Of a stretch of DNA of 64,000 nucleotides, positions 1-10,981 are shown piece after piece. The notes beneath the pieces were generated by a model. It was given only the letters and a program-made list of their open reading frames with translations. It did no database searches and was not told where the DNA came from. A program made the position numbers and the translations under genes. This DNA is from an uncultured delta proteobacterium (GTDB lineage Bacteria > Myxococcota_A > Polyangia > Fen-1088): NCBI GenBank assembly GCA_963796685.1, contig CAWCMR010000015.1, positions 352,001 through 416,000 of the forward strand, given 5' to 3'. The stretch's first letter is position 1, and every line of letters begins with the position of its first letter.

Positions 1-120
1 GGGACATGGTTTCAAGCTACGCAAGCCCCGTGCCTGCGCAGGGTCGGAAAGAGCGATGGGCGAAACTTCTGGTGTTTTCGTCGGTGCGGAGCTTCCCGCG
101 AGCCCTGTCCGCGCCTCTTC

Positions 121-317
121 GTCGCGTTTCCGTCGTACCGGTCTTGACAGGCCGTCGGAGAACCGACGACCGGCAAGGGAGGGGTCGGCACAACATGGAT
201 ACCTTCCGGCGCATGTCAGGAGATTGTCGATCACCGTCAGGACGCACCGTTGCCAATGCGACAGTGGACGCACGAAACGATGATTTTGCGCGGGATATTT
301 CCGGCCCAGGTCTTGCT
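121..317 (+). promoter_or_regulatory. Putative sigma-54 promoter with paired upstream activator sites
   Basis: GTCGC-GTTT-CCGTC (121-134) and CGTCGG-AGAA-CCGACG (153-168); CGGCCCAGGTCTTGC (302-316) fits GG-N10-GC with TTGC. Confidence 0.5.
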
Positions 318-360
318 GTCAACCCAGCTGGCAACCATGACTGGCGCGGAGTATCGACTG

Positions 361-2572
361 ATGGCAGCAGGTGTAGAGGGCACGAGCTCTCGCCGTCTGC
401 GCACGGTGGACGACTTGAGAACAGGCGACCAGGCGTGTTTCATCTATGGCAAGGAGCAAGAGTACCAGGCAGTCATGGCTCCCTTCGTGCGTGCGGGGCT
501 CGAGCAGCGACAGCGTGTGCTGTACATCCACGATGCGCGCTCGCCCGAGAGCGTGCGTGCCATGTTGCGCGATGCGGGCGTGGACATCGATCACGCCGAG
601 TTCCGGGAACAGATCGTCTTCGTGCCAGCGAAACAGATTTACGCGCGCGGCGCAGGGTATTCCTTCGAACGGGTGCTCGATCAATTGCACGCCCTGACGG
701 CGATGGCGCTCGCCGACGGATGGAGCGCGCTACGCGTGACCAGCGAAATGACCTGGGTGCTCAGGCAAACGCAAGGCGTCGAGCGGCTGCTTTCCCAGGA
801 AGGCAGAATGGCCGCCTTCTATCGCGAGAGCGCTGCCCTTGGCATGGCTCAGTTCGACCGCGGAAAGTTCCCGGCGGAGGCGCTGCTCGATGTCTTGCTG
901 GCCCATCCGGTGGCCGTGCTGGGCACCGAGGCTGTCCACAATTTCTACCACACGCCGCAGGTCGAGGTCTCGGGCGGCTGGCGATCGGAAGCGACGCTCT
1001 CCAAATGGCTGTCGAACCTGAAAGAGCGCAAGCGGGCCACCGAGAACATGCGCGAGGCACTCCAGCTTCACCGCGAGGTGCTCGACAACGTGGGTTCCGG
1101 CATCATCGTTCTCGACCGCGACGGTCGGGCGATCCAGTGCAATCCTTTCGTTGAGCGCATTCTGGGAGTCTGTGGTTTGGACGTGCAAGGTCGCCATATG
1201 ACCGAGCTTTTCCCCGAGCTATGCTCGGGCGACTTCGAGGACACGCTTGCCAGGGTTCTCGCAGGCGAGATCGTCCTTTCTCCCGACATGAACGTGCACA
1301 GGGCAGGGATCCCCCACCCGTTCTGGATTATCGCGACCCTGGCCCCGTACCGCAATCCGGACGGTCTCGTCATCGGCGCCATCGCCGCCATCAGCGATAT
1401 CACCAGCCGCAAGGAAATGGAGGCTGCCCTGCGCTCCAGCGAGGATCAGCTTCGCGAAACGCAGAAGCTGGAGGCGGTGGGGCGCTTGGCGGGGGGGGTT
1501 GCCCATGACATGAACAACGCCCTCAACGCCATCATCGCTTTCGCGGATCTGGCCCTGCAAGCGGCTGGCGACAGCGAGGGGTTGCGCGAGGACATTGGCG
1601 AGATCCGCTTGGCCGCGGACCGCGCCGCGGGAATTACCCGCCGGCTGCTCGCGTTTTCGCGCCGGCAGATTTTGCAACCCCAGGTCGTCGAGGTGAACGC
1701 CATCGTCACCAGTGTCGAGGACATGTTGCGCCGGCTCATCGGGGATCAAGTCACCTTGTCTCTTCGCTTGGCGCCCGACGCCGGATGGGTGAGATCCGAT
1801 CCCGCACAGATCGAGCAGGTCATCATCAATCTGGCGCTCAATGCCCGCGATGCCATGCCCGAGGGGGGCCGTTTGACCGTCGAAACCGATGTCGTGCAGC
1901 TCACCACGGAGCAGGCCGGGGAGTTCGACACCATCGCGCCCGGGGACTACGCGGTTCTGCGCATCTTCGATTCCGGGTGCGGGATGTCGTCGGACGTTCT
2001 CGCCCATGCCTTCGAGCCCTTCTTCACCACCAAGGATCTTTCTCGTGGCAGCGGTTTGGGCCTACCCGTGGTGTACGGTATCGTCAAGCAGAGCGGTGGG
2101 CAGATTCGGGTGCACAGCGAGCCCGGCCAGGGGACACGTGTGGAAATCTACCTGGCCCACGTGCCCGAGCCCGACTTACCGGAAGCCGCCACGGGCACCG
2201 CGACCGGCGACGAAACCGTGCTGCTCGTCGAGGACGAGGATCTCGTGCGCAAGGTGGTATCGCGGATTCTCGAACGAGCCGGCTACCGCGTGCTGGTGGC
2301 AGCCTCGGGGGACGAGGCCCTGGCCATGTGCGTGCGCTCTCCAACGCGCATCGACGCACTGGTCACCGATGTCGTGATGCCAGGCATGGGCGGGCGCGAG
2401 CGCGGATTGCGTCCTCGAGCGATTCCCGAAGCTCAAGATCCTGTTCATGACCGGCTACACGGATGACGAGTTTCTGCGCCGGGGGATTCTGGATCAGGGG
2501 CGAGCCGTCATGGTCAAGCCCTTCTCGCCGAAGGATCTGTTGCGTCGATTGCGCGAGGTGTTGAATAGATAG
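361..2572 (+). CDS. Hybrid sensor histidine kinase (MEDS-PAS-HisKA-HATPase-REC); frameshift near 2400
   Basis: MEDS-like N-terminus (ACFIYG, ALRVTSEMTW), H-box GGVAHDMNN, G-boxes DSGCG/GSGLGL; REC continues in another frame as KILFMTGY...KPFS to TAG 2570-2572; start may be 250, 337 or 361. Confidence 0.85.
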
Positions 2573-2638
2573 CCGCTAGACCGTACGTCACGATTCAAGA
2601 CATCGGCCGCCCCTGCCGATTCCAAGTGGGAAGAGGCA

Positions 2639-4033
2639 ATGAAAGACGGCTCATTTTCGGGCAAGTCAGCGCTCGTCGCTGATGACGACGACGTCGTGCG
2701 CTCGACCCTCGGGCGACTCCTGCGCCATCTGGACATGTCGGTCCTGGATGCCGCGGACGGAGGGGAGGCCATGCGCAAGATCGACGAGCACCCCTTCGAC
2801 CTCGTCATTTCCGATCTGTCCATGCCCCAAGCCGACGGGTTCGCGGTGCTGGCGTCCGTGCGCAAGAAACAACCTCACACGCCTGTCGTCATCCTGACCG
2901 GCGCGGGTGGCGTGCCGGACTCGGTGCGCGCCATGCGCGAAGGCGCCTTCGATTTTCTGACCAAGCCCTTCCATCCCACGGCCTTGACCGAGGTGGTCCG
3001 CGCCGCGCTCAACCATGGCGGGGGGGGCGGCAACAAACCCAGGCTGACGCCGGTAGGCGGTAGTCCGACCCTTGCAGGCAGCGGCGCCATCCTGCTGGGC
3101 AAGTCGGCCGCTTTGCAGGATCTCCTCGCGCTCGTGCAGCAGGTCGGCCCGACCGATGCCACGGTCCTCATCTCGGGCGAGACCGGCAGCGGCAAAGAAG
3201 TGATCGCCCGTCTCTTGCACGCATCCTCGCCGCGCGCGGGGCAGCGCCTGGTGGCGGTGAACTGCGCCGCAATTCCCGAAAGCTTGATCGAAAGCGAGCT
3301 CTTCGGGCACGTCAAGGGAGCGTTCACCAACGCGCACGAGCATCGTATCGGTCGCTTGCGCGAGGCGGACGGCGGAACGGTGTTGCTCGATGAAATTGGG
3401 GAGCTGGCGCTGCCCATGCAGGCAAAGCTCTTGCGTGTTCTGCAGGATCAGTCGGTGACGCCGGTCGGGTCCGAACGGGCTTACCAGATCAGTGTGCGTT
3501 TCTTGGCGGCCAGCAACCGGGATCTGGAGGCCATGGCCAAGGCCGGGCGCTTCCGCCAGGATCTCTTCTTCCGGCTCAACGTCGTGCCCATCCACGTCCC
3601 GCCGCTGCGCGATCGTCTGGACGACGTGCCCACCCTGGCCATCCATTTCCTGGAGCAGGCCGCACGTCGCCTCGACCGCTCCATTACCCTCTCGGACAAG
3701 GCCATGGCCGTGTTGCAGATCTACGGCTGGCCCGGCAATGTTCGCGAGCTGGAAAATCTGGTCGAGCGCATGGCCATCCTGGACCGCGACGGTGTCATCG
3801 ATACCGACGACATTCCGCCCGCTCTCGGCGGCGAAACCGGCGAGACGGTGGCGCGTACCTTGTGGGACCTGTCCGAAAACGGTGTCGATCTTCCCACCGC
3901 GGTCTCCCGTTTCGAGCGCGCGCTCATCGGTACGGCCATGCGTCGGTCGAACAGCAACAAGTCCAGGGCGGCCACGATGCTTGGAATCGGAAGGACCACC
4001 CTCATCGACAAGCTCCGCAAGCTTGGAATGTGA
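2639..4033 (+). CDS. Sigma-54-dependent response regulator (REC-AAA+-Fis HTH)
   Basis: GETGSGKE Walker A, ESELFGH, GAFTNA, LLDEIGE, WPGNVRELEN, C-terminal GRTTLIDKL. Confidence 0.95.
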   Translation: MKDGSFSGKSALVADDDDVVRSTLGRLLRHLDMSVLDAADGGEAMRKIDEHPFDLVISDLSMPQADGFAVLASVRKKQPHTPVVILTGAGGVPDSVRAMREGAFDFLTKPFHPTALTEVVRAALNHGGGGGNKPRLTPVGGSPTLAGSGAILLGKSAALQDLLALVQQVGPTDATVLISGETGSGKEVIARLLHASSPRAGQRLVAVNCAAIPESLIESELFGHVKGAFTNAHEHRIGRLREADGGTVLLDEIGELALPMQAKLLRVLQDQSVTPVGSERAYQISVRFLAASNRDLEAMAKAGRFRQDLFFRLNVVPIHVPPLRDRLDDVPTLAIHFLEQAARRLDRSITLSDKAMAVLQIYGWPGNVRELENLVERMAILDRDGVIDTDDIPPALGGETGETVARTLWDLSENGVDLPTAVSRFERALIGTAMRRSNSNKSRAATMLGIGRTTLIDKLRKLGM

Positions 4034-4089
4034 GGGGGCTGGGTCGACGTCCGACCTAAGTCGCCGCTCAAAGATAACTTTAGCAGGCT

Positions 4090-4187
4090 CGCGGCCGATT
4101 CATCCCGGCTGGCTGCGTCGCTCGTCGCTCACATACCGACGGGTATGCTCGCTTCTCGCTCCTTGCCATCCGGGCGCCTCGGCCGCG
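4090..4187. repeat. Branched REP-like palindrome between convergent genes
   Basis: CGCGGCCGA...TCGGCCGCG outer stem with inner CATACC-GACG-GGTATG hairpin. Confidence 0.55.
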
Positions 4188-4217
4188 CTCTTTGCACAAG
4201 TTATCTTTTCGCGGGTC

Positions 4218-6653
4218 CTAAGGCTTCTTGCCGGTCGCGCCGGGATGCGTTAGCAGGTGTTCCTGCACCAGGTTTTTCAGGGTGGCCATATCGAAGGGCT
4301 TTTCCAGACGCTCGTTGGTGACGGTGTCGAGAAAACCGCGCGCCTTCGGGGTAAAGGCCCCTCCGGTCATGAACACGATGTCGGCCGCGCGCTCGGGCGC
4401 GAATTCCCGCAGCTCGTTGTAGAAGTCCACGCCGGTCACGTCGGGCATCATCAGGTCGCACAAGATGAGGTCGAAGTGTTCTCCGGCGCGAAGACGGTCA
4501 AGCGCCTTGCGCGCGCTGGTCTCGGTGACGACCTCGTTGTCCTTGCCAAGGACGCGCCGCAGAGCGGTGCCAACGATGGGTTCGTCGTCGATGGCTAGAA
4601 TGCGGGCGGAAAGCGCCGCGATGGGGCGGCGGATACGGCTGGTCTTGCGGATCGCGCTGGTGGCCTCGGACGGGGGCAGGAACACCCGGAAGACGCTGCC
4701 CTTGCCAACCTCGCTTTCCACGCTAATCTCACCGCCCAGGGCCTGCACGATCCGATTGCAGATGGAGAGTCCGAGCCCCGTGCCGACCCCGACCGGTTTG
4801 GTGGTGTAGAAGGGCGTGAAGAGGTGGCTCAGCACCTCTTGCGACATCCCGCAACCGGTGTCGCGGACCTCCACCTCGACCCGGCCCCGGGCATCCAGGC
4901 GCGTGGAAATCGTGATGGTGTTCCTGTCCGCGCGACCCTCTTCCATGGCCTGGACGGCGTTGACGATGAGGTTCAGGAACACCTGGCCGAGCCGCGATTC
5001 GTCCCCGTGAACCATGGGCACGGGCTGGAATTGGCGCACGATGTGCGCGCGGTGCTTGAGCTCGTTCCAGGCCATGCGTAGCGAGGATTCGAGAATGCGC
5101 TGCATATCGACCGGTCCCATGGAGGTTTCCGGCGTGCGCGAAAAAATCTTGAGGTCGCGGACGATGTCGCGCAACCGCTCGGACGCTTCGAGGGCGTCGC
5201 GTAGCTCTTCGTCGAGCTCGACCCGATCCTTTTCGCTGCTTCCGTCGAGCTTGAGGGTGGGAACGCATTCGACCGCCATGTGCAGGTTGGTGAGAACCGC
5301 GGCGAGCGGGTTGTTGATCTCATGCGCCACGCCGGCGGCCAAGATGCCCACGGAGGCCATGCGATCGGACACCATGAGCTGTTCTTGCAGACGTCGGTGT
5401 TCGGTGACGTCGAAGATGGTGGCCAGGTGACCCAGGCAGTTGCCATGCTCATCCACGATGGAATGGAAGGCGAGCATGCCCCACAGGGCGGTGCCGTCGT
5501 TGCGGCGCAGGCGGCATTGGGCGCGGTAGGTCTCGGTACCGTCTGTCTTGCCGTGCAGGTAACCGGTGATCGCCTCGACAACCTTGGTCTCGGCCAGAAA
5601 ATGCAGCAAGTCGGCGCCTCCCGCGTCGGCCTCCTTGAGTCCCAGCATGTCGGCCATGCGTCGGTTCATGTAGGTGGTTCGGCCGTCGCGATCGAGCATC
5701 CAAATGCCTTCGTGGGCGGTCTCGACAATGCGGCGGAATTTGATCTCGCTGGCGGCCAGGCTCTCCTCGGCCTTGCGGCGCGCGCGGCGCTCGGCGGCTT
5801 CGCGTAGCTCGCGCTCCACCGCAGGCGCCAGCCGGGCCAGGTTGTTCTTGATCAGAACATCGTGCGCTCCCGATTTCAGGACCTCGACCGCCGTTTCCTC
5901 GCCCACCGCCCCGGACACCACCAGGAAGGGAATGTCCGGTCCCGATTCCTTGAAGATGTGGATGGCGGCCAGGGCGTTGAGACCGGGCAGCGAGTAGTCG
6001 CTGATCACCACATCCCACGGCCCCGACTTGAGTGCAGCGCGGAAGTCGTCGGGCGTGTCAACACGACGCGATTCGACGGTGAAGCCCGCGCGGGTGAGCT
6101 GCCGGGCCACGAGCAGAACATCATCCTCCGAATCCTCGAGAAAAAGCACGTTGAGGTGGGAACCCTGGGAGGGTTCCCACACCCTCCCGCGCTCTGGCTC
6201 CGCCGGGCCAAGCCCGGCTACGCCACCGCGGCTGAGGTGGGAACCCTGGGAGGGTTCCGAGCCAATCCCGCGCTCTGGCTCCGCCGGGCCAAGCCCGGCT
6301 ACGCCACCGCGGCTGAGGTGGGAACCCTGGGAGGGTTCCGAGCCAATCCCGCGCTCTGGCTCCGCCGGGCCAAGCCCGGCTACGCCACCGCGGCTGAGGT
6401 GGGAACCCTGGGAGGGTTCCGAGCCAATCCCGCGCTCTGGCTCCGCCGGGCCAAGCCCGGCTACGCCACCGCGGCTGAGGTGGGAACCCTGGGAGGGTTC
6501 CGAGCCAATCCCGCGCTCTGGCTCCGCCGGGCCAAGCCCGGCTACGCCACCGCGGCTGAGGTGGGAACCCTGGGAGGGTTCCGAGCCAATCCCGCGCTCT
6601 GGCTCCGCCGGGCCAAGCCCGGCTACGCCACCGCGGCTGAGCGGGCCGTTCAT
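4218..6653 (-). CDS. Hybrid sensor kinase (REC-PAS-HisKA-HATPase-REC) with a 162-aa in-frame repeat insertion at the N-terminus
   Basis: ATG overlaps upstream TGA (ATGA); MNGPL-[27 aa]x6-NVLFLEDSEDD; AGVAHEINNP; GTGLGL; C-terminal REC (ILCDLMMP, KPF). Confidence 0.92.
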   Translation of the reverse strand: MNGPLSRGGVAGLGPAEPERGIGSEPSQGSHLSRGGVAGLGPAEPERGIGSEPSQGSHLSRGGVAGLGPAEPERGIGSEPSQGSHLSRGGVAGLGPAEPERGIGSEPSQGSHLSRGGVAGLGPAEPERGIGSEPSQGSHLSRGGVAGLGPAEPERGRVWEPSQGSHLNVLFLEDSEDDVLLVARQLTRAGFTVESRRVDTPDDFRAALKSGPWDVVISDYSLPGLNALAAIHIFKESGPDIPFLVVSGAVGEETAVEVLKSGAHDVLIKNNLARLAPAVERELREAAERRARRKAEESLAASEIKFRRIVETAHEGIWMLDRDGRTTYMNRRMADMLGLKEADAGGADLLHFLAETKVVEAITGYLHGKTDGTETYRAQCRLRRNDGTALWGMLAFHSIVDEHGNCLGHLATIFDVTEHRRLQEQLMVSDRMASVGILAAGVAHEINNPLAAVLTNLHMAVECVPTLKLDGSSEKDRVELDEELRDALEASERLRDIVRDLKIFSRTPETSMGPVDMQRILESSLRMAWNELKHRAHIVRQFQPVPMVHGDESRLGQVFLNLIVNAVQAMEEGRADRNTITISTRLDARGRVEVEVRDTGCGMSQEVLSHLFTPFYTTKPVGVGTGLGLSICNRIVQALGGEISVESEVGKGSVFRVFLPPSEATSAIRKTSRIRRPIAALSARILAIDDEPIVGTALRRVLGKDNEVVTETSARKALDRLRAGEHFDLILCDLMMPDVTGVDFYNELREFAPERAADIVFMTGGAFTPKARGFLDTVTNERLEKPFDMATLKNLVQEHLLTHPGATGKKP
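6152..6641. repeat. Tandem array of six 81-bp palindromic units bounded by TGAG
   Basis: Unit starts at 6152, 6233, 6314, 6395, 6476, 6557; closing TGAG 6638-6641. Confidence 0.97.
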
Positions 6654-7108
6654 GTCAATCCGCCCTCGGCGACAGGCAGTTGATTGAGCGCCAGCCAGTA
6701 GCTGCCGATCAGCTCGACGGCACCGGCGAACTCCACGAAGTCCACGGGCTTGCGGATGTAACTGTTGGCCCCCAGGTCGTAGCTCGTCGCGATGTCGGCT
6801 TGCTCGGTGCTGCAGCTCATGACCACCACGGGGATGTGCCGGCCGACGGGGCTTTGGCGCAGCTGGCGCAAGACCTCGAGCCCGCTCACGCATGGCAGTT
6901 TCAGGTCGAGAAGGATGAGCGCAGGGGTCTGGCCGGGATTGCGCCCCGCCCACTCCCCAAGCCCGAAGACATAGTCAAGCGCTTGCCGGCCATCACGCGC
7001 GCGAACGATTCTGCAGCTCACCCCGCTGCCGTGGAACGCGCGAAGGGTGAGGTCAGCGTCGTCTTCGCTGTCCTCGACCAACAGAATCACTCGTGTCTGG
7101 CGGCTCAT
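6650..7108 (-). CDS. Single-domain response regulator (Rcp1-like)
   Basis: ILLVEDSEDD, LILLDLKLP, SYDLGANSYIRKPVDF. Confidence 0.93.
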   Translation of the reverse strand: MSRQTRVILLVEDSEDDADLTLRAFHGSGVSCRIVRARDGRQALDYVFGLGEWAGRNPGQTPALILLDLKLPCVSGLEVLRQLRQSPVGRHIPVVVMSCSTEQADIATSYDLGANSYIRKPVDFVEFAGAVELIGSYWLALNQLPVAEGGLT

Positions 7109-7198
7109 CCCGGGTATTCCAGCGCCCTTGCAGACTCAGTGTATCGCGGCGTGGAGGTCGCCGCTACCTTGCCACCGTCGGAATGGAGCTGGCGCCGT

Positions 7199-7558
7199 TC
7201 AAAACTCGATATTCAGGGTCTTGCCGTTCTCGGTCGCCGCAATCTGCGAGTGGGGCAGGGTGACGGTGCCGACCGGGGCCAGGACTTGCGAGCTGTTCAG
7301 CAGGCCGATGCTGGGGCGGGCGCTTGAGCTGCAGCGCAGCTTGAGATCGAGGGATTCGCCACTTTGGCTGTTCGCGGTTTCGACCCGGCAGGTAGGGACC
7401 ACTTGCACGGAGACGAACACGAGTGCGCTGCGACTGCCCGCAATGACCGGCCTGGAAAACAAGGTGACGGGGACCATGGCCAGGAGGCACGGGAGCAGCC
7501 ACCGTCCGGTTTGGGACCAACCACCAACCTGATTCGCGCGACGCCGTTGATTGAGCAC
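7199..7558 (-). CDS. Small secreted pilin-like hypothetical protein
   Basis: Signal-like segment then AGSRSALVFVSVQVVPTC and terminal LNIEF, like the neighbouring pilins; start uncertain. Confidence 0.55.
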   Translation of the reverse strand: MLNQRRRANQVGGWSQTGRWLLPCLLAMVPVTLFSRPVIAGSRSALVFVSVQVVPTCRVETANSQSGESLDLKLRCSSSARPSIGLLNSSQVLAPVGTVTLPHSQIAATENGKTLNIEF

Positions 7559-7570
7559 GAAGCAAGGAAG

Positions 7571-7696
7571 AGCAGAATCCGTGCCCTGGCTGCAGCGACG
7601 CGTAACTGCGCGTACTTATTTGGTATTCTAAATTACACCTTATAGACATGTCGTAATGCCGACGAATCGGCTTCGGTGGAGTGTCGGCCACCCGAC
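7571..7696 (-). promoter_or_regulatory. Putative sigma-54 promoter with paired activator sites
   Basis: Minus strand GGGCACGGATTCTGCT (7571-7586); AT-rich spacer; GTCGT-AATG-CCGAC (7650-7663) and GTCGG-CCAC-CCGAC (7683-7696). Confidence 0.55.
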
Positions 7697-7716
7697 GGCA
7701 GACATGCCAGTTACTA

Positions 7717-7851
7717 CTCAGTACCGCCGCCGGGCCGATGGCCCGGATCCTTCAGGCGTGAAACGTGACAGCCCCTCACCCGCCTCGCTGCGCTCGGCGA
7801 CCTCTCCCCGCTTCGCTTCGCTACGCGGGGCGAGGTGTTTCAGGTCAGGAC
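7717..7851. repeat. Single copy of the repeat module of the 17-19 kb array, with an empty IS110 target
   Basis: GGCCCGGATCCTTCAGGCGTGAAACGTGACAGCCCCTCACCCGCCTCG...TTTCAGGTCAGG matches the array units. Confidence 0.93.
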
Positions 7852-7858
7852 GAGAGGC

Positions 7859-8317
7859 TTAGAAATTGATCGTCGCGGTTATGTTGTCCGTGTAGTTTCC
7901 CGCCGGAACATCTTGACCTTGAGGGATCAGGCCGTAAATCGTCAGGGTTACGTCCGGGTTGTTGGCCGTGGCTGTGACCCTGTAGCTATAGGGGTTTGGA
8001 TCTCCCCAGATCTGGCTGTGGGCTGCGTCCAGGTAGAGGTTGTAGCTCAGCCGGTTGGCTCCAAAGGCCATCTGTCTGGGGTTGTTGCTCGGCGCCACGC
8101 CACGACTCAGGTACACGGTCCTCGTGGTCACCTTGCCAGAGCACCAGTAGTGCACGGTGCCGGTGCTGGCGAGATCGGTGCTGTTGACCGCGTTGTAGCT
8201 CCCGAAGGCCACCGGGGTCGTGCTGATCCAGCAACCCGCCGCAGACGCCGAGGGCCCACCGATGACCAGCGCCGCACCCACCACAGAGAGCGACAGCAAC
8301 CAGCGTATGCCTCTCAT
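7859..8317 (-). CDS. Spore coat protein U / Csu-type pilin
   Basis: Signal peptide, VAFGSYN, LSYNLY, IYGLIPQGQDVPAGNYTDNITATINF. Confidence 0.92.
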   Translation of the reverse strand: MRGIRWLLSLSVVGAALVIGGPSASAAGCWISTTPVAFGSYNAVNSTDLASTGTVHYWCSGKVTTRTVYLSRGVAPSNNPRQMAFGANRLSYNLYLDAAHSQIWGDPNPYSYRVTATANNPDVTLTIYGLIPQGQDVPAGNYTDNITATINF

Positions 8318-10963
8318 TTCGTCTCCTTCTTGGGAAGAATACATCGGATCGTTCCCACGTTGACCAAAGCCGTGGCACCAGATGGGACTGCGAGCGAGAA
8401 TGCACATGTGCCGGTCTCGTATTGCACCTCGGCCGAATACGATCCGGGTGGAACATTCTCGAGGTAGAAATTGCCAGCCTCGTCAAGAGGCGAAACCGTC
8501 CGCAGCTTGTCGACGAGGACGATGATCTGCCCATACGCCGGCAGGATGGTCTTGCCCTTGTCGTCGATGACCACGATCCCCGAAACGCTCTGCACCCGCC
8601 GCACCGGGAAGGTCACGATCGCGCCACCACGCGAAGGGGGCGCGATGATTCTTTCGGTGGCCCCGATATCGTGGTCGAGGGGAATGTCCTTGTCGTCGAT
8701 CCCGACCCGGTTGCCGTAGTAGTGGAGCATGCTGGGAATCAGCAGATCCCCTTTGCTGTCGGTCGTTCCGACGACCTGATTGCTCACCAAACCGTGAACG
8801 CCAGGGACACCCGGCACGCGGATGAGGGCGTAGCTGTCCTGGAGCGGCCGGGACAGGTAGGCGCGGCCACCGATGAGAACCAGGCCTCCGGTCGCGGTCA
8901 CCATGGCATGCCCGCGGTCCTCCGTGCCCACTCCCTGGTGTTGATAGTCGGCTTCGATTCGGCCATAGGCGCCTTGGTACTGGGCGTCGGCTTCGTTGAT
9001 GGCGTTCTCTCCCTGGGCAGCCACCAGGCGGTAGCCAACCCCCGGCCCCAAGGGCAACGACTGCTGAAGCGTGGCCTGCGTCGTGCCACCGTGTCCAGCC
9101 TGACCGCCGACGTGATCGCTGCGGGTGGCGCCTGCCGTGACCCTCTCCGCGGGCACGAAGCTCAGGCCCACGAACATGTCGTACTCGGCCGGATAGGCGC
9201 GGGTGTAGATATTGGTCAGGGTTGCGAAGGCATACATCCAACGCGTGACGGTTCGGTTGGCCGCCAAGGTGATTCGGTTGTTCCAGCCCGCATCGCGCCA
9301 CTCGGTCGCCTCGTCCTGTAGGGACAAGCTGGCGACCTTGCCGATGTTGCGAGCGATCGACGCCAGAACATCCGTGCGCTGCCTATCGCTCGACGAGGAA
9401 ATCCCGGGCGGCTCGGCATTCGGAGGCGGAAGGCTGGAGGGATCCAGGTTCAAGGTTGCGTAGTCCACGCTCTGATAGCGAAGGCCGACTTGAAAGTTGA
9501 GCAGACGCCCGACATAGGAATAGGACACGAGCGCGGCTCCGCCGGCGTAACCGCTGTGAGCGCTCGCCGCAACCGCAGCCCCCAGCTCTCCGACGGGCAA
9601 GCGGAGCGCGAGATTGGGACCACCACTCACCATGTACCGGGATCCCTCGGCACGACCACCAAGAGTCAACCAGTCGGTGAGGCCGTAGCGATGACGAATC
9701 AGGAAGGCCGGCTGGCCATAATTCCAACTCTCCGTGCCATAGTTGATGCGTGCGAATCCGGCGTTGTAGCTGAAATCCTGTAGCCCCTTGCTTAGCGTGC
9801 CGAGGGCCAGGTAGTAGGGGGTCTCGATCGTCTGCGCCTGGCCGAAGGCATCTCGAATGACAACTCGGGTCTCGCCGCTGCCGCTGGTCACGGGCAGGTT
9901 CTGCATGTTGAACTGCCCGGGCGGCAGCGCCTCGCGGCGCACGAGTTGGCCATTGACGTAGACCTCGACCATCGAGGGCGTCAGTGCCGTGCCTGAGAGT
10001 TGCTGGGTGGGCAGAAACACATAGTAGGGGTCGAGGCCGAAATTGCGCGTGACGCTCACTCCACCGAGCATGGCGGTCCCGCCGAGCGCGTCACCGGTGC
10101 CGTTCATGTCGCCGAGGATGATGCTGGTGAGGCGATCTCGCCAGTCGAAGGTCAGGTTGGTCAGAAGTCGCTCCCACGACCCATCGACGGCGCTACGCTG
10201 GCCGCTGGCATAGAGCAGGTGACCATGTATGCTGAGCCCGGCCTCGCTGAATCCGTTCCAGGCCATTTCAGGCCTGCTCTGTAGGTTGCTGGCGCCGAGC
10301 GAGTAGTTGACGAACATGCTCGGCGCGTTGTCGTAGATGATGCCCGCTGGCCGCCTGGCGCGAAAATCGAATGTGGTGGCCTCGAATAGCTTCGAGTCTG
10401 CGGTGATGGTCAAACCCAGGCCACGTTCGTCGAAGACGAAGGTTATCTGAGGCGCGAGGGACTGCAGTGAGACCAGGATGTCTCCCTCGTGCTTTTCGCG
10501 CTTGCCTTCGGGAACCCGCAGGCCGGGCTTCTCGAGATCCGACACTTTCGATCAGCACGTCTTTCTCGCGCAGGATGACGAGCACGTCGCCGATGTCGAC
10601 TTGATTGACGGTGGCGTGCAGGAAGGCCGGGGTGTCCTCGGCGGCGGAGGTCATTCCATGAGGAGAGGCCGGGCCGGCTTCTTGGGTAGGGGCGCTTGGC
10701 TGTGCCCCGGTTTCGGGCTCGACGTCCAGACGGTCGAGGGTTGCGCCCACGTCCTGCCCGGCATCCGGGGGAGCTGCGTCCTGCGGCGCACGCTCGAACG
10801 GTGCCGGTTCGAGGCCCGCGGTTTGTGTGGCCACCGCCGAGTCTTCACGTTCGCCGCCATCTGTCGAGGGCAGCGTTTCGGCCGGGGCAGGGGAAGCCAT
10901 CCCAGCCACGAACGCGGCTGGCAGCAGAGCGGGCCACCGGTGGCGTTTCGGGGCCCTGTGCAT
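8314..10963 (-). CDS. Fimbrial outer-membrane usher; frameshift near 10547
   Basis: LSGTALTPSMVEVYVNG, LPPGQF, IRDAFGQ, RYGLTDWLT; N-terminal part lies in ORF 10268-10963. Confidence 0.9.
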
Positions 10964-10981
10964 CCTCCGCGCTCGGTTCGT

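Noticed and set aside
6152-6641. CRISPR array
   Set aside because: Whole 81-bp units are repeated with no unique spacers, and no cas genes are present.
6638-6641. 81-bp element mobilised by the IS110 through a shared CTCA
   Set aside because: Flanks match the guides poorly, and the nadC copy has a different boundary (CAAACG).
6654-6953. Longer start for the hybrid kinase
   Set aside because: Overlaps the response regulator; the ATGA coupling at 6650-6653 is the better start.
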